From Macrostomum lignano (taxonomy: Eukaryota), in assembly GCA_002269645.1 (NCBI GenBank), contig NIVC01000550.1:1-64000 (forward strand): a DNA stretch of 64,000 nucleotides, read 5' to 3'. The notes under the pieces are model-generated. The model was not told the DNA's origin. It searched no databases and was given only the letters and a program-made list of their open reading frames with translations. Shown in pieces: positions 47,961-61,900 of this stretch. The position numbers were made by a program, and so were the translations under genes. How positions within the stretch are numbered: the first letter of the stretch is position 1; each line of letters begins with the position of its first letter.

Positions 47961-50600
47961 CCTTCTCTTGCCTGCAATCATCAGGGACTCCTGGGCACGT
48001 TTCGTATAGGGGCCCACGGAAGCAGACCCAGAAGGGCAGTCATTGCGCCACGCTAGGTTCTTAATCTGGCCCTTGAGGTAAAAAGTTTGCTGACCCCTGC
48101 ACTAAAAGCACTAGGCTTAGGCACATTAAGATAAAACTGTAGTGAATAGGATTGAGAACAACATTAACTATTATATCGGCCCTTAGCTTCCAAGACTCAG
48201 AAAAGCCAAAGCCGAAAACCGGCCGACACTTGCTTAAAATTCAAAAAGGGCACTTGATGGATCATGCTAAAAAGTGGGGGGGGGCTCCAGCCCCCCGTGA
48301 CCCCCGATTCCGACCACCCCTGACCTCGAGAGATGATTTCCTGATCTAATTTAGCTGTACAGAGCATGGATCAGGTAGATCTATCACACAATGCGCATAC
48401 TGTGTACCAGGTCGATCATTGCCAATTGATTGCATGGTAAATTAAAAGCAAGTGTAGCGATATACTGTCCGTCTGTTGTATGGTAGGGATCAGAACTGCA
48501 TGTTACATGCACGAGTTGGGGTAGCCAATGTGATGTACAGTACAAATGTACAATTGTAGCTATTATTCGTTCAACTAGTTTTAGAACGTATTTTTTAATA
48601 AACAGCTGGGAGAACATCCGAAATCAAAGTAAACGATTACATGTACATGTGATGTGCATGCATTTTCGTGCCATACATTTTGATTGTATTAAGCACGATC
48701 AGAGTAACTTTTGAGTGAGTGATCAGTGTGCAAGTGAGTGAGTGAGTGAGGGAGTGAGATACATGTAGAGGGTGAGAGAGTGAGTGAGTTAGTGATTGAG
48801 TGATTTGAAGTGAGCATGAAAGCTGCTTAACAGGCCTCGTACAACTCGATCGAGGCCCAGCTCGTACAAATCACGTCACGGACTACTTTAGTGTCGTTTT
48901 TATAGGAAGCCTGTACATGTACACGTATAATAAAAACGGTATGGCTGCACGACTCACCATCCCGTAACCTCTAAATACAAGTGCATGTTAGCCTGCCTGC
49001 CTGCGATCGAATTGGCAAATTTGCATTGGCAATCGGACATGCTCGAATCACATATGAAAACTCACATTATAACAAATTATAACAATGATAACCAACTCAA
49101 GGACCACATTCGAAACTGCGAATTAAGAATGCAGTTAAGTCAAGAGCCTTTTTTCACAGCTTTCTACTAATAGTAGCTGTTTATTTTGGATTGATAGTTC
49201 CTTTCCAATTCAAATTGAATGAAAAAACGAGGAGGGCGCTCACTCACTCACTCACCCACCCGGCCCGCTCACCGGTTCCTCTCTCGCGGCCTTGTCGTCC
49301 CCATCTCACCCCTCCCCCAGCACCATCCAATAACATGGCGAGCCAAATTCCTCCCCCTAGCTCCCCCAAGTGTGGCGGTCTTGGTGTGTGGCGGTCTTGG
49401 TCCTACACCAATTCTTGTATGCAATAAGGTCCTAAAAACTCCTAAGCAGTCTATTGTCTATAATATATAGTGTATCAAGGAATAAGCAAAGTTTTTTAAT
49501 GTTTTGCAGTGGTAGATTTAGAGTTTCATATTGGAGGGGTAGTAGTCTAAGTTTGGGGTGCCAATGCAAATATAAAGGGCATCAATTTTTAAGCTAAGGA
49601 GTGCAAAAATGTGTGTAGGGCCTAGAGAGTAAAAAATCAAGCTTAAGGGTGCAAAAAATACATGTAAGGGGTAAAAAATAAAGTTTAGGGGCACTAAAAA
49701 GGCATTTGGAGGCAAAAAAATCAATCAAATTTAGTAGGTGCAAATTTAGGTTTTTAGGGGGTGCAATATGTTCTATCAAGCTATTTTGGGAAGGGAGTGT
49801 TTGCCTCCCTGCCCCCCCCCTTATATCTGCCCTTGATGCTTTGTAGCTTGCAGGATGCTGACCAATTTAGTAATACAAACAAATTTAGCAACAAATATTC
49901 ACTGTAAACAAAATTGGCAAAGAAAAATTTAGCAACAATCTAGACAAAGAGCAATTGAGTATAATTCGATTAATTCATTTATAATGATATTGATCAATGA
50001 ATATTAGCTTTTCCTTTTAATTAAATTTGTTTTATCTATTATTATTTTTTATGCTTTCTAAATGTGCTTTTATTAGGCATTGCTACCACTACGAGTATTA
50101 AGGTATATATGCATTATGCCAAATAGTAATTTTTGGGTTTGATTTTTTATTAAATTATTATTTATTTTTGAAAAGAGTAGGTCTATTTTACAATAACAAA
50201 AAATATTTATGGTATTTCTAATTAACATATAGTTAACAAATCATTACTTACTATATTAGCATTTCAATTAATATAAAAATTGAGAAGTATGTGATTTTTT
50301 GTTTGTCTATTTTTTTCCATAGCTTGTCTATTGAATTATTCAAACTTTTAAACAAAAAAAGCAGATAAACAAAAAAGGATATATTTGCTTGATTATTATA
50401 TTTATCAAAATGCTAAGGCCTAGTAAAACCTAAAACACCTAGTTTTTTAGGTTTTAAGTTAAAATGATTTTAAATGATTTTACACAAAGTTATAGGTTTA
50501 AATAAAAGAATAATAAATAGTTTCAAAAAAAATTTATTCTTGTTTGTTTTGATTTTTTATCTATCTATAATCTTATTCCCTAACTAAAGTCACTAAAGTC

Positions 50601-51016
50601 TAGAAGTTAGATGGGATCCCAATCTCAAGCTTTTAGGATCCCAAAGAAAATTGGATTTTTGCAAGATCACAATCCTAGCCCTAAAAATGGGAATTGGGAA
50701 CATGTCTTTTGAATTAAAATTTATAGAATTCTCAAGTGATTACTTGAATACATTTTGTTTTAACTTATACTTGTCACATAATTACTTTGTTGGTTACAAA
50801 ATTTGCATCTATTCTATTGTGTTTTACCTTATGATCTTAGTATTGTTTGTTCAGCTTTGTTCAACTCTATATAGACCTATAAACTATAGTACAGTAATGA
50901 AAGACCTAATCCTATTTCCCAAATCTCAATCCTGATTCTTGAATCCTAATCCTGATTCTAAGAAAAAATTCCTAATCCTAATCCCACTTAACTATTTCAA
51001 TCCCGTCCAATCTCTA
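50601..51016. mobile_element. hAT-like MITE (416 bp) upstream of the SWEET gene
   Basis: Imperfect TIR: TAGAAGTTAGATGGGAT vs reverse complement TAGAGATTGGACGGGAT (13/17). GGATCCC/AATCC subterminal repeats. The 8-bp flanks CTAAAGTC / CTAAGTCC are similar but not identical. Confidence 0.55.
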
Positions 51017-51391
51017 CTAAGTCCTTAGCTCTTGTTAAGATTTTCTATACTTATGCTGTTTAAGTATACTATAATAACAAAGTTTAATCTGCAATAGTTA
51101 GTTTAATATACTGGAATTATTTAAAGTATTTCTGCAAGTCTATTTCTTAGTAATTCTCAATGAAGCATATTTTTTAATTCTTTATCTATAATATATTTAT
51201 CCCTACTGATAGTTTGAACAATTTCATTGCTTTATATCTAGTCTAGAGTTGTATTAAAGCTGCCACTTGTTAGCCATTGGTTTTGGGTTAGAAACTAATA
51301 TGTTGCTAAGGTATATATAGGCTATATTTAAAAATTACAAGTAGAATAACTTCATTAAAATGTCATTTTCTGCTCTATTAAGCAATCACAT

Positions 51392-54237
51392 ATGACTTAT
51401 GGCACAATACATTTGGTTGGAAACTTGGCCTCCATATTCTCAATTTTTTCTTACCTTCCTGGACTGTAAGTTAAAATGTCTGTCTACTGTCTACTTTGAA
51501 TCTATTTAAGAAATGCACTTTGTTGTGTTTACATATTCTTTTTAAATTGTAATAATAAATAATACAATACTAACAATCATTTTAGTAAGATAATGCGAGA
51601 TATAATTCTAAGCAAGTCTTCTGAGTCCTACTCACTGTTTCCTTATGTTGCAATGCTGGCTAGGTGAGTTTTTTAGTTTTTTTCTTCAAACTTTTACCCG
51701 ATCGCATCACTCGAAAGTGCTGCTTATATTTTTTTAGTTCCTCTGTTTGGCTAAAGTATGGTCTAGTCAGAGAGGACTTCCCACTGATCACTGTCAGTTG
51801 CTTCAGTTTGTCAATTCAGACTACTATTGTGTTTGTGTTCTACTTGTTTGCAAGGCATCGGGTAAGTCACTGGCTTGCTTGCTTGTGTAACTCTCACCTG
51901 CTACATCCTCCGTTTCTAAGCCAGCCTCCCAGAGTGTCAGTTGCTGGGCCAGCCTCCCAGATCCCCAGTTTCTGGGCCTACCTCCCAGATCCCCAGTTTC
52001 TGGGCCAGCCTCCCAGATCCTCAGTTGCTGGCCCAGCCTCCCAGATTCTCAGTTGCTGGGCCAGCCTCCCATAGTGTCAGTTGCTGGGCCAGCCTCTCAG
52101 ATCCCCAGTTGCTGGGCCAGCCGCCCAGATCCTCAGTTGCTGGGCCAGCCGCCCAGATCCCCAGTTGCTGGGCCAGCCTCCTAGATCCCCAGTTGCTGGG
52201 CCAGCCTCCCAGATCCTCAGTTGCTGGCCCAGCCTCCCAGATTCTCAGTTGCTGGGCCAGCCTCCCATAGTGTCAGTTGCTGGGCCAGCCTCTCAGATCC
52301 CCAGTTGCTGGGCCAGCCGCCCAGATCCTCAGTTGCTGGGCCAGCCGCCCAGATCCCCAGTTGCTGGGCCAGCCTCCTAGATCCCCAGTTGCTGGGCCAG
52401 CCTCCCAGATCCTCAGTTGCTGGCCCAGCCTCCCAGATTCTCAGTTGCTGGGCCAGCCTCCCATAGTGTCAGTTGCTGGGCCAGCCTCTCAGATCCCCAG
52501 TTGCTGGGCCAGGCTCCCAGATCCTCAGTTGCTGGCCCAGCCTCCCAGATTCTCAGTTGCTGGGCCAGCCTCCCATAGTGTCAGTTGCTGGGCCAGCCTC
52601 TCAGATCCCCAGTTGCTGGGCCAGGCTCCCAGATCCTCAGTTTCTGGCCCAGCCTCCCAGATTCTCAGTTGCTGGGCCAGCCTCCCATAGTGTCAGTTGC
52701 TGGGCCAGCCTCCCAGATCCTCAGTTGCTGGGCCAGCCGCCCAGATGTACAGTTATTGGACTTTGAGTAATCCTTAGTCCTTGAATAATGATAGTAATAA
52801 TCCGTTTATTGTGAGCGTTCAAGAGTATTGCCCCGTTGCCCATTCTCTTTTCCCAGGGTGCAATTCATTTTCAGCTGCTTCTCTGCATGCTGATGGTGTT
52901 CCCCGTGTTATCCTATGTTCGCTATTCGCCAAATCTCGATTTAGCCATCGAACATTTGGGTGTTTATTGCACGGCCGTGTCAATCGTCTCCTACGGCTCA
53001 CCACTCTCTGCTATGGTAAGAATTTTATTTATGATGCATGTATGCACACACACTTAATGTGACCTCGTTCGAAATGGAACCCTGGGTACTGTGACGCTGG
53101 GTTCTTGGCGTCACAATCACGCTGCTATTTCAGTCAGCTAATGCCAGCTGGATTACTCAATTTCGGACAATTTATAGTAGTAATAAAACAGGACTTTGTT
53201 ACAAGTAACCGGCGAGAGGCATTGCTGCACATCCTTTCGACTCCCCTGAGTGAGTTAGGCACACAAGCGCGTGATTACGTACGCAGTCATACTCATGCGC
53301 ACAGGCACACAGTCACGCAGGAGTGTACAGCGGCCCTAACTTTTATATATCACTCGTAAGGCTTGTACACTTCACTGCGCATTGTTGGGGGGTTGCCGTT
53401 TTTCTGTCTTATCGTAATGTGCACGCCTACGGCCTGTTGTCGCGACTTTGTTAGTCATATTTTTAGTACATCTGCTTTCGTCTCTGTTCACGCTTCTGTT
53501 TTCTCTCCCTCTGCCTACTTCAGTCTTGTTATTCTTACTCGTATCTCTGTCCCTCTCTGCCCACTTCAGTCTTGTTATTCTTATCTCTGTCCCTCTCTGC
53601 CCACTTCAGTCTTGTTATTCTTATCTCTGTCCCTCTCTGCCCACTTCAGTCTTGTTATTCTTATCTCTGTCCCTCTCTGCCCACTTCAGTCTTGTTATTC
53701 TTATCTCTGTCCCTCTCTGCCCACTTCAGTCTTGTTATTCCTATCCCTTTCCCTTGCCGCCTTCTGGTTGGCTCTTCAATCTCGCCTCTTTCCTCAGTTG
53801 CGCAGCCCAACCCCTTCTTTTCTTATCTACAGTCAACCCCACCCCCTAATTTAATGCGTCATAAGTACACTCGTTTGGGCCCTGTGCCCCGCTTACTGTT
53901 TCTTTTGAATGCCAAATAATTTGTTCTTTATTGAATTGTCTTGTTTTTTTAACAGAACACCGATTGCCTTCTATTTCAGTCGGAAGTGCTCCGCACCAAA
54001 TCGTCAGAAAGCATGTCCCTTAGCCTAATTATGCTAAACTTTATCACGGCCTGTTTGTGGCTAACCTACGGCACCCTTGTTCACGACAGTAATTTAACTG
54101 TGCCCAATTTCGTTGGCGCCTGTCTCAGCTGTTTCCAGTTGGGCTTAATCTGCGTGTTTCCCTCTACGAAGAGTGCCGGGTCAGCTGGGGCCGCGGATGC
54201 CTCTAAAAAATCAGTTGGATCTTTGGCAACTGTTTGA
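51392..54237 (+). CDS. SLC50A1: Sugar transporter SWEET1-like; join(51392..51465,51586..51663,51738..51861,52857..53015,53980..54237), 230 aa
   Basis: GT-AG introns with matching phases (2,2,0,0), 693 nt. Two MtN3 repeats: LPGL..I..SKSSESYSLFPY..WLKYGL, and YGSPLSAM.EVLRTKSSESMS..LWLTYGTLVHD..VPNFVG..FQLGL. Confidence 0.92.
51920..52745. repeat. 28-bp minisatellite in SWEET intron 3 (CAGTTGCTGGGCCAGCCTCCCAGATCCC)
   Basis: About 29 tandem copies, with a ~196-bp higher-order repeat. Confidence 0.95.
53510..53745. repeat. 40-bp minisatellite in SWEET intron 4
   Basis: CTCTCTGCCCACTTCAGTCTTGTTATTCTTATCTCTGTCC, about 5 copies. Confidence 0.93.
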
Positions 54238-54544
54238 CACTTTAACAAATAATAAAAAATCAATGATTGTCATTCATTCTAAACTGCTTCCAGAATCAAT
54301 AGCCCTACTGTCCTACTGAGAAAAATTATGTAAATGATTTTGAGATTTACTAGTAGTAGTACGGACGAATTTGAATGCAATATTAACATTTTCCATTTGC
54401 GAAAAGGCCATACTTTTTGAGTTAATTGATTTACTTATTGCGGAGGCCTTAAAGAGATTTCTTGTTACCCCGATATTATCCATTAATTCATTTACGTTTT
54501 TAGTAGTTCACTTGGTTAACGTTTATTTTATGGATTCACTGTCT

Positions 54545-56250
54545 TCATTATCTTTTATTTCATCATGGGTTCACTCTCTGTTCTTCATTATCTTTTATTT
54601 CATCATGGGTTCACTCTCTGTTCTTCATTATCTTTGATCTCATGGGTTCACTCTCTGTTCTTCATTATCTTTGATTTCATCATGGGTTCACTCTCTGTTC
54701 TTCATTATCTTTGATTTCATCATGGGTTCACTCTCTGTTCTTCATTATCTTTGATCTCATGGGTTCACTCTCTGTTCTTCATTATCTTTGATTTCATCAT
54801 GGGTTCACTCTCTGTTCTTCATTATCTTTGATCTCATGGGTTCACTCTCTGTTCTTCATTATCTTTGATTTCATCATGGGTTCACTCTCTGTTCTTCATT
54901 ATCTTTGATTTCATCATGAGTTCACTCTCTGTTCTTCATTATCTTTGATCTCATGGGTTCACTCTCTGTTCTTCATTATCTTTGATTTCATCATGGGTTC
55001 ACTCTCTGTTCTTCATTATCTTTGATCTCATGGGTTCACTCTCTGTTCTTCATTATCTTTGATTTCATCATGGGTTCACTCTCTGTTCTTCATTATCTTT
55101 GATCTCATGGGTTCACTCTCTGTTCTTCATTATCTTTGATTTCATCATGGGTTCACTCTCTGTTCTTCATTATCTTTGATCTCATGGGTTCACTCTCTGT
55201 TCTTCATTATCATTGATTTCATCATGGGTTCACTCTCTGTTCTTCATTATCTTTGATCTCATGGGTTCACTCTCTGTTCTTCATTATCTTTGATCTCATG
55301 GGTTCACTCTCTGTTCTTCATTATCTTTGATTTCATCATGAGTTCACTCTCTGTTCTTCATTATCTTTGATCTCATGGGTTCACTCTCTGTTCTTCATTA
55401 TCTTTGATCTCATCAGGAGTTCACTCTCTGTTCTTCATTATCTTTGATCTCATCAGGAGTTCACTCTCTGTTCTTCATTATCTTTGATTTCATCATGAGT
55501 TCACTCTCTGTTCTTCATTATCTTTGATTTCATGGGTTCACTCTCTGTTCTTCATTATCTTTGATTTCATCATGGGTTCACTCTCTGTTCTTCATTATCT
55601 TTGATTTCATCATGAGTTCACTCTCTGTTCTTCATTATCTTTGATTTCATGGGTTCACTCTCTGTTCTTCATTATCTTTGATTTCATCATGGGTTCACTC
55701 TCTGTTCTTCATTATCTTTGATCTCATGGGTTCACTCTCTGTTCTTCATTATCATTGATTTCATCATGGGTTCACTCTCTGTTCTTCATTATCTTTGATC
55801 TCATGGGTTCACTCTCTGTTCTTCATTATCTTTGATCTCATGGGTTCACTCTCTGTTCTTCATTATCTTTGATTTCATCATGAGTTCACTCTCTGTTCTT
55901 CATTATCTTTGATCTCATGGGTTCACTCTCTGTTCTTCATTATCTTTGATTTCATCATGAGTTCACTCTCTGTTCTTCATTATCTTTGATCTCATGGGTT
56001 CACTCTCTGTTCTTCATTATCTTTGATTTCATCATGAGTTCACTCTCTGTTCTTCATTATCTTTGATCTCATGGGTTCACTCTCTGTTCTTCATTATCTT
56101 TGATCTCATGGGTTCACTCTCTGTTCTTCATTATCTTTGATCTCATGGGTTCACTCTCTGTTCTTCATTAGCTTTGATCTCATGGGTTCACTCTCTGTTC
56201 TTCATTATCTTTGATCTCATAGGTTCACTCTCTTCATTATCTTTCATTTC
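54545..56250. repeat. 37/40-bp minisatellite (CATGGGTTCACTCTCTGTTCTTCATTATCTTTGAT-CT/TTCAT)
   Basis: About 44 tandem copies are visible. Confidence 0.96.
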
Positions 56251-57567
56251 TTTAATTAACTCTCTTCGCTCTCTATATTACTTGTGAATAGCCATGGCGC
56301 ACAAAACTAACATTCCCTTTCGTTGGAAATTAAATTAATACCTTTACATTGTTGTGTTTGTAAACTCCACAATTTGTTTGTATATTAAAAGTTGGTTTCA
56401 AATTTCTATATAAAAAAAACAGATTCAAACTCTTTTGAAGATGCTTTTTATGTTGTATTCTGTCTGCAATCACTGCCTTGTCATCTTGGGAGCGGTTTTT
56501 CAATTATTTAATTTCTCGATTGATGCTCCAGTAACTAAGGCGCCAAAACCATTTTTAATTGTTGTTTCTCATTTCGTAAATCTAAACTTTCTTTAACCTT
56601 AACAACTTAACATCGTGTTGATATATCTATAAATGCTTAGTATCAAATAGTTGACAGAACTTTACTCGAATGAATATTTTGGAAAATAAAATCCTATATT
56701 TCTACTTAAAGTAGACTAACTGAAAACGGTGTAAGCGGTAAATGTTAGTTAGCTTTAAGAAATGCTTAAGTTTGAGAATGATTTCTGTGTTGGGTTTTCA
56801 TTTTTAGTAGAATTGTATAATTTGTGTTGATAGTACAGCTAACTGCTTTTATGTAATTAATTTTATTTATTTCGCAAAATCAGTGTTTCATCATCAATAT
56901 TTTAAATAAGATGAGGTGAATTGTATTAATAGAGTCTCATTCTATTTTCTGAACTATTTTATTATCATCATTGCTTAGTGTTCAGAAAACAAATTGTCTC
57001 CTAAATTCAACATCCTTTAAAAATTAGCTTGTCATGTCTGTTGGTGGTTGTCTTTCAATTTTATTTATTTATGCTTATTTGTGTGTAGCGATAGTGGGAT
57101 GTAAGTTGGTGTTAAAATGTGTGCTTTGTGCAAATCTAAACCAAATTATTTACAGACACATAACTCGTGTTTTGCAGTTATCTATTCTTAACAATTGGTT
57201 GATTTTATTGATTAATCTTTTCTGTATGTTTCATTTAAAATTTGCGTTGCTAATTATTGTTTGGTTGAGGGTCTGGCAGCGGGACCGATTAGTGACAAAT
57301 CTATCAAAGTTAAGAGTGTCATGAAAGACATTGAAAATTATAATTGTAAATAAAATAAGCATAGCAACTCTTGCTTTGTTTTGTTTGGTTTTTGTTCTGT
57401 TCAAATTTCATCCATATATTTTCAGTAGGCTACTAATAGTAATGTTAAGGGTATGGTGCGATTAAGGTTATTAGTAGTATCATGCGATTCACAACTGATT
57501 AGAAACTCAAAAAGCTGTGTGAACGATAATTTCAGAGTCTCAGCTCTCTGGCGCGACTGGCTCCAAA

Positions 57568-58444
57568 ATGCCGCCGCCAACACCTGATCCGTCCAGTCGG
57601 TTAACCGATCATCGGCGCTGCATAGTTTTATTAAAATTTGCTAATAATACTACCACTGATAGTAACAAGCTAGAAATATTACGATCAATAATTGAACGTA
57701 AACGTATAGTAGATTCCACTTCTGAAGCTTCTATATGGCCTAAATTAGTGTTTGACATTGATTTCGACTCCCTAGATTGGTCCACTTTTCATTGTCACCG
57801 GCGTATAAGATTGGCATTATTTATTGGCTTCTCCGCTCAGAATGCTCCTGCGGTGCTTTCTAAGAAAGACTTGGCGGTTCTTTCCGACGTTCTAACGGCC
57901 ACTTTGCCAGCCGATTGGTCAGAGAATGCTTTGGAAAGTATCATGAACGATTTAACTACTAAGCTAGCTAGTCAACTGACTGCCGAGCTAACTTTAGAAA
58001 CTTCTCAATTGTCGTCTCCGTCTCAGTCGCCGGCGTCCACTCCTTCGACTCCGCCAGCCGAACTGTCGTCGAATTCTTCGCTGAGTTCTGTCCAGTCTGG
58101 GCAGGCTCAGCAGCAGATTCCAATGACCCCAATTGAAGCCTCAACATCTGTGGGCTGGTCGGAGGGGAAACGGTCGAAGCGGGGCAGCTCCAGACGAGAG
58201 AAACAGAGAGCCGATTTGAGATTGTTGTTGGGCGATTTTAAATCTGCCAGGTGAGTGGCTTGATCCATGGCTCAATGGGCGCTTCATTAGAATTAGGAAC
58301 CGCCTCTGAACTAGTCTGAAGAATTAACCCTGAACCACTTGATAAACACCCTAAATCACTCTTGTCTGTCTTATTGTCTGTCTGTCTGTTTCTCTTGGTC
58401 TGTCTGTCTGTATGTCTGTCTGTCTGTCTGTCTGTCTGTTTTAG

Positions 58445-58501
<57 letters not shown>

Positions 58502-58503
58502 TG

Positions 58504-58567
<64 letters not shown>

Positions 58568-58884
58568 TCGTGTCTGTCTGTCTTCGTGTCTGTCTGTCTG
58601 TCTGTTTTAGTGTCTGCCTGTCTGTCTGTTTTAGTGTCTGTCTGTTTTAGTGTCTGTCTGCCTGTCTGTTTTAGTGTCTGCCTGTCTGTCTGTTTTAGTG
58701 TCTGTCTGTTTTAGTGTCTGCCTGTCTGTCTGTTTTAGTGTCTGCCTGTCTGTCTGTTTTAGTGTCTGTCTGTTTTAGTGTCTGTCTGCCTGTCTGTTTT
58801 AGTGTGTGTCTGCCTGTTTGTTTTAGTGTCTGTCTGCCTGTCTGTTTTACTGTATGCCTGTCTGTCCGTCTGTTTTTTTGTCTT

Positions 58885-58915
<31 letters not shown>

Positions 58916-61900
58916 ACAGTCGTTCCTGCATCATTCTTAAGAGAATTAATGCTTCAGCACGGATAAGAATTTGTCTCTAACGAACTACTCTTTATAACCG
59001 GTTTTTCTAAATCGTAAACAATCCCAAGAAACACATATTTGACCTTTTAACGGAAAAAATTAAATGATAACAATGCATTCATAGAAATTTGCAATCAGCT
59101 TCATCAACCCGACAACCCCGTCAGATCCGGTTACAAAACATCAATAGAAACATTGCGCGCGCTAAACGATTGGCTCTGGTACGCTTCCGCACTGGAAGGT
59201 CTCAGCGCCGTAGCCGACGCGGAAGCCGAATCGACCACCGACGAGCTGGACAGTACTAACGAATCAGAAACGGACCTAGAAGCACCAGAAGCCACCGCGG
59301 CTCGCTGTCGCGAAGCTGTGTCGGAGTATCAGAAATTCTCGGCAGCCGCTTGGCTTGCCGCTGAAGCAACGCTGAAAGCTGCTAGAGCGATGCGCGGCTA
59401 TCAGCAGCATTGGCGCAGTCGACGATGGCCGGCGGTAGAGGCTGTGCAGTTTCTTGAATTGCCGGCTACAGAACGCCTGCTAGACAGTGTTGGCAACAGT
59501 AGCAACACTTGGTGCATTGGAGACTTGATGGCCGAATTAGGATTAACACGTCGAGCTGTGCTGCACCGTTGGCTAGCCGCTAATAAGCATCTTGATGATG
59601 TCGGAGCATCTGGCGTAGATTTAGATTCTTCCGTTGCTCTGTTGACGCGTTGTCTTGACAATGACAGAGAAATTGACGATGGTACGAGTTTGTCTGCGCC
59701 GCGATTAAAAGTCACCCTTGCCTGTCGGCTGGTTGCCTTGCTTAGACAGAGACAAAATACTGCTACTACCAGTAGTAGCACTGCAACAAATGATAAAGCT
59801 TGGGAAAGAGCGCTCAGCACTTTGGGTAGTTTGGGACCGTGGCTGACGCCGAATGAATGCAATGAACTATTTGACTGTCTATCCGATGCAACCAATTCGT
59901 TTTCTTATCCGATTAGAGCTCCATCTCGGCTGCCCGAATGGTTGCTAGCCAAACCGGAATCTATGCCTGATTCGCCCGTCATAATGACTTCCGCCACTTC
60001 TAAAGCTTCATCTAGTGGCGAAGAAAATCAAGGAACCAATGTTAAGCCTCTGTTTATCTACACTCCGTTAACGCTAGATGGCAATGCTGACAGTGCTAAG
60101 AAGTCCGCACCTGTCTATTGGTCTATTGAAGAGCCTAACCGGCTCTGTCTAACTCTTAGGCATAATTTGCCTGTGCCTCTGCAGCTTAACCAATTGAGCT
60201 TGCGAGTTCGAAGGCGCGCAACAGAATCTGCTAGCGATAATAGTGATGATGATGATATTACTGAATCTGTTTGGCCAGCAACAGTCACAGAGTCGAAGTG
60301 TGATTTTATCGAACTGAATCCTGTAACATCCTCCAACAGCTCCGATTCGATAACTCTGCTAGTGAAGCCGACAGAATTAGGCCAATTCGATCTAATTGGC
60401 ATCGATTACTATCTAATGCCGTCGAGTCTACCTTTGCGCTCCGACTTGCCTTCCATTGCTAGCGTTAAAGTTGTTCCTATATTGCCAAAGCTGCGAGTGG
60501 AATGGCTGGACGGTGGCAGTGTTAAATTAGCCATCGATCCGATGCTTCTGTCTGGCCATCAGATCGATTCAGATCGATCAGTGGCAGCCGGCTCGTCTGC
60601 TTCTATGCAACTGAGACTCACTAACGTTGGCAATTTGCCAATTAGTCAGGCTAGTTTAGATCTAATGCCATTAGGCTTAGCATCTTGGTCGGAGGGTAAT
60701 TTAGTTAGGCAGCTGCCTATCGCTCCGGGCGATGTGGCGGCTGTGACTCTCTACGTCGGCATGGGTTCGGGCCGCCAGATGCCAGACTTTGGTCGGCACC
60801 GATTGCGCGTTCGAGTCTGCTACTCAGCTGGTAATAGCGTTGCTGGCGCTCAAACTGCCGAAGTTAATAGCGATGATTGCGCTAAAACTACGCTAGGTAG
60901 AGCGGCTGTTCTGTACGGTCACGTGAGTGTTGATCGGATAGCGCCCGGACAGCCGACTGATGATGCCGAAGATGATGAATCTGCGGTGCCTTCCACAGTT
61001 GCCGATGATGAAGCTTGCGAGGATGCTGTGGCCACTGCCGAGTGGCTGGCTGGACAGCTTCTCTGGAAGTGCAACTGCGACGGTGGCAATAATAATGCCA
61101 ATGATAAGCCTGGCCTGCGGCTCTTGATTGGACAGGTGCGTTGTTGCTACTACTGTTAGTAGCTGAAGTGTACATAAATCAATCCTTATGAACTTGTTTG
61201 CCTGCATAGAGCGATTATATGACCCAGTTTTGTTCAGTATGACTTGAGTTTATTCAGCATGACCCAGTTTTGTTCAGTATGACTTGAGTTCATTCTGCAT
61301 GACCCTGTTTTGTTTAGTATGACTTGAGTTCATTCAGCATGACCCTGTTTTGTTTAGTATGACTTGAGTTCATTCAGCATGACCCAGTTTTGTTCAGTAT
61401 GACCTAGTTTTGTTCAGTATGACTTGAGTTCATTCAGTATGACCCAGTTTTGTTCAGTATGACTTGAGTTCATTCTGCATGACCCTGTTTTGTTTAGTAT
61501 GACTTGAGTTCATTCAGCATGACCCTGTTTTGTTTAGTATGACTTGAGTTCATTCAGCATGACCCAGTTTTGTTCAGTATGACCTAGTTTTGTTCAGTAT
61601 GACTTGAGTTCATTCAGTATGACCCAGTTTTGTTCAGTATGACCCAGTTTTGTTCAGTATGACCCAGTTTTGTTCAGTATGACCCAGTTTTGTTCAGTAT
61701 GACCCAGTTTTGTTCAGTATGACCCAGTTTTGTTCAGTATGACCCAGTTTTGTTCAGTATGACCCAGTTTTGTTCAGTATGACCCAGTTTTGTTCAGTAT
61801 GACCCAGTTTTGTTCAGTATGACTCAGTTTTGTTCAGTATGACTCAGTTTTGTTCAGTATGACTTCAGTTAATTCTTTATGACCCAGTTTTGTTCAGTAT

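Noticed and set aside
2040-48930. Frequent TACATGTA palindromes
   Set aside because: Scattered with no positional pattern; cannot distinguish them from a genome-wide compositional bias without background counts.
54545-56250. CRISPR-like regular repeats (also 61215-63000 and others)
   Set aside because: Head-to-tail units without unique spacers, no cas genes, and a eukaryotic context.
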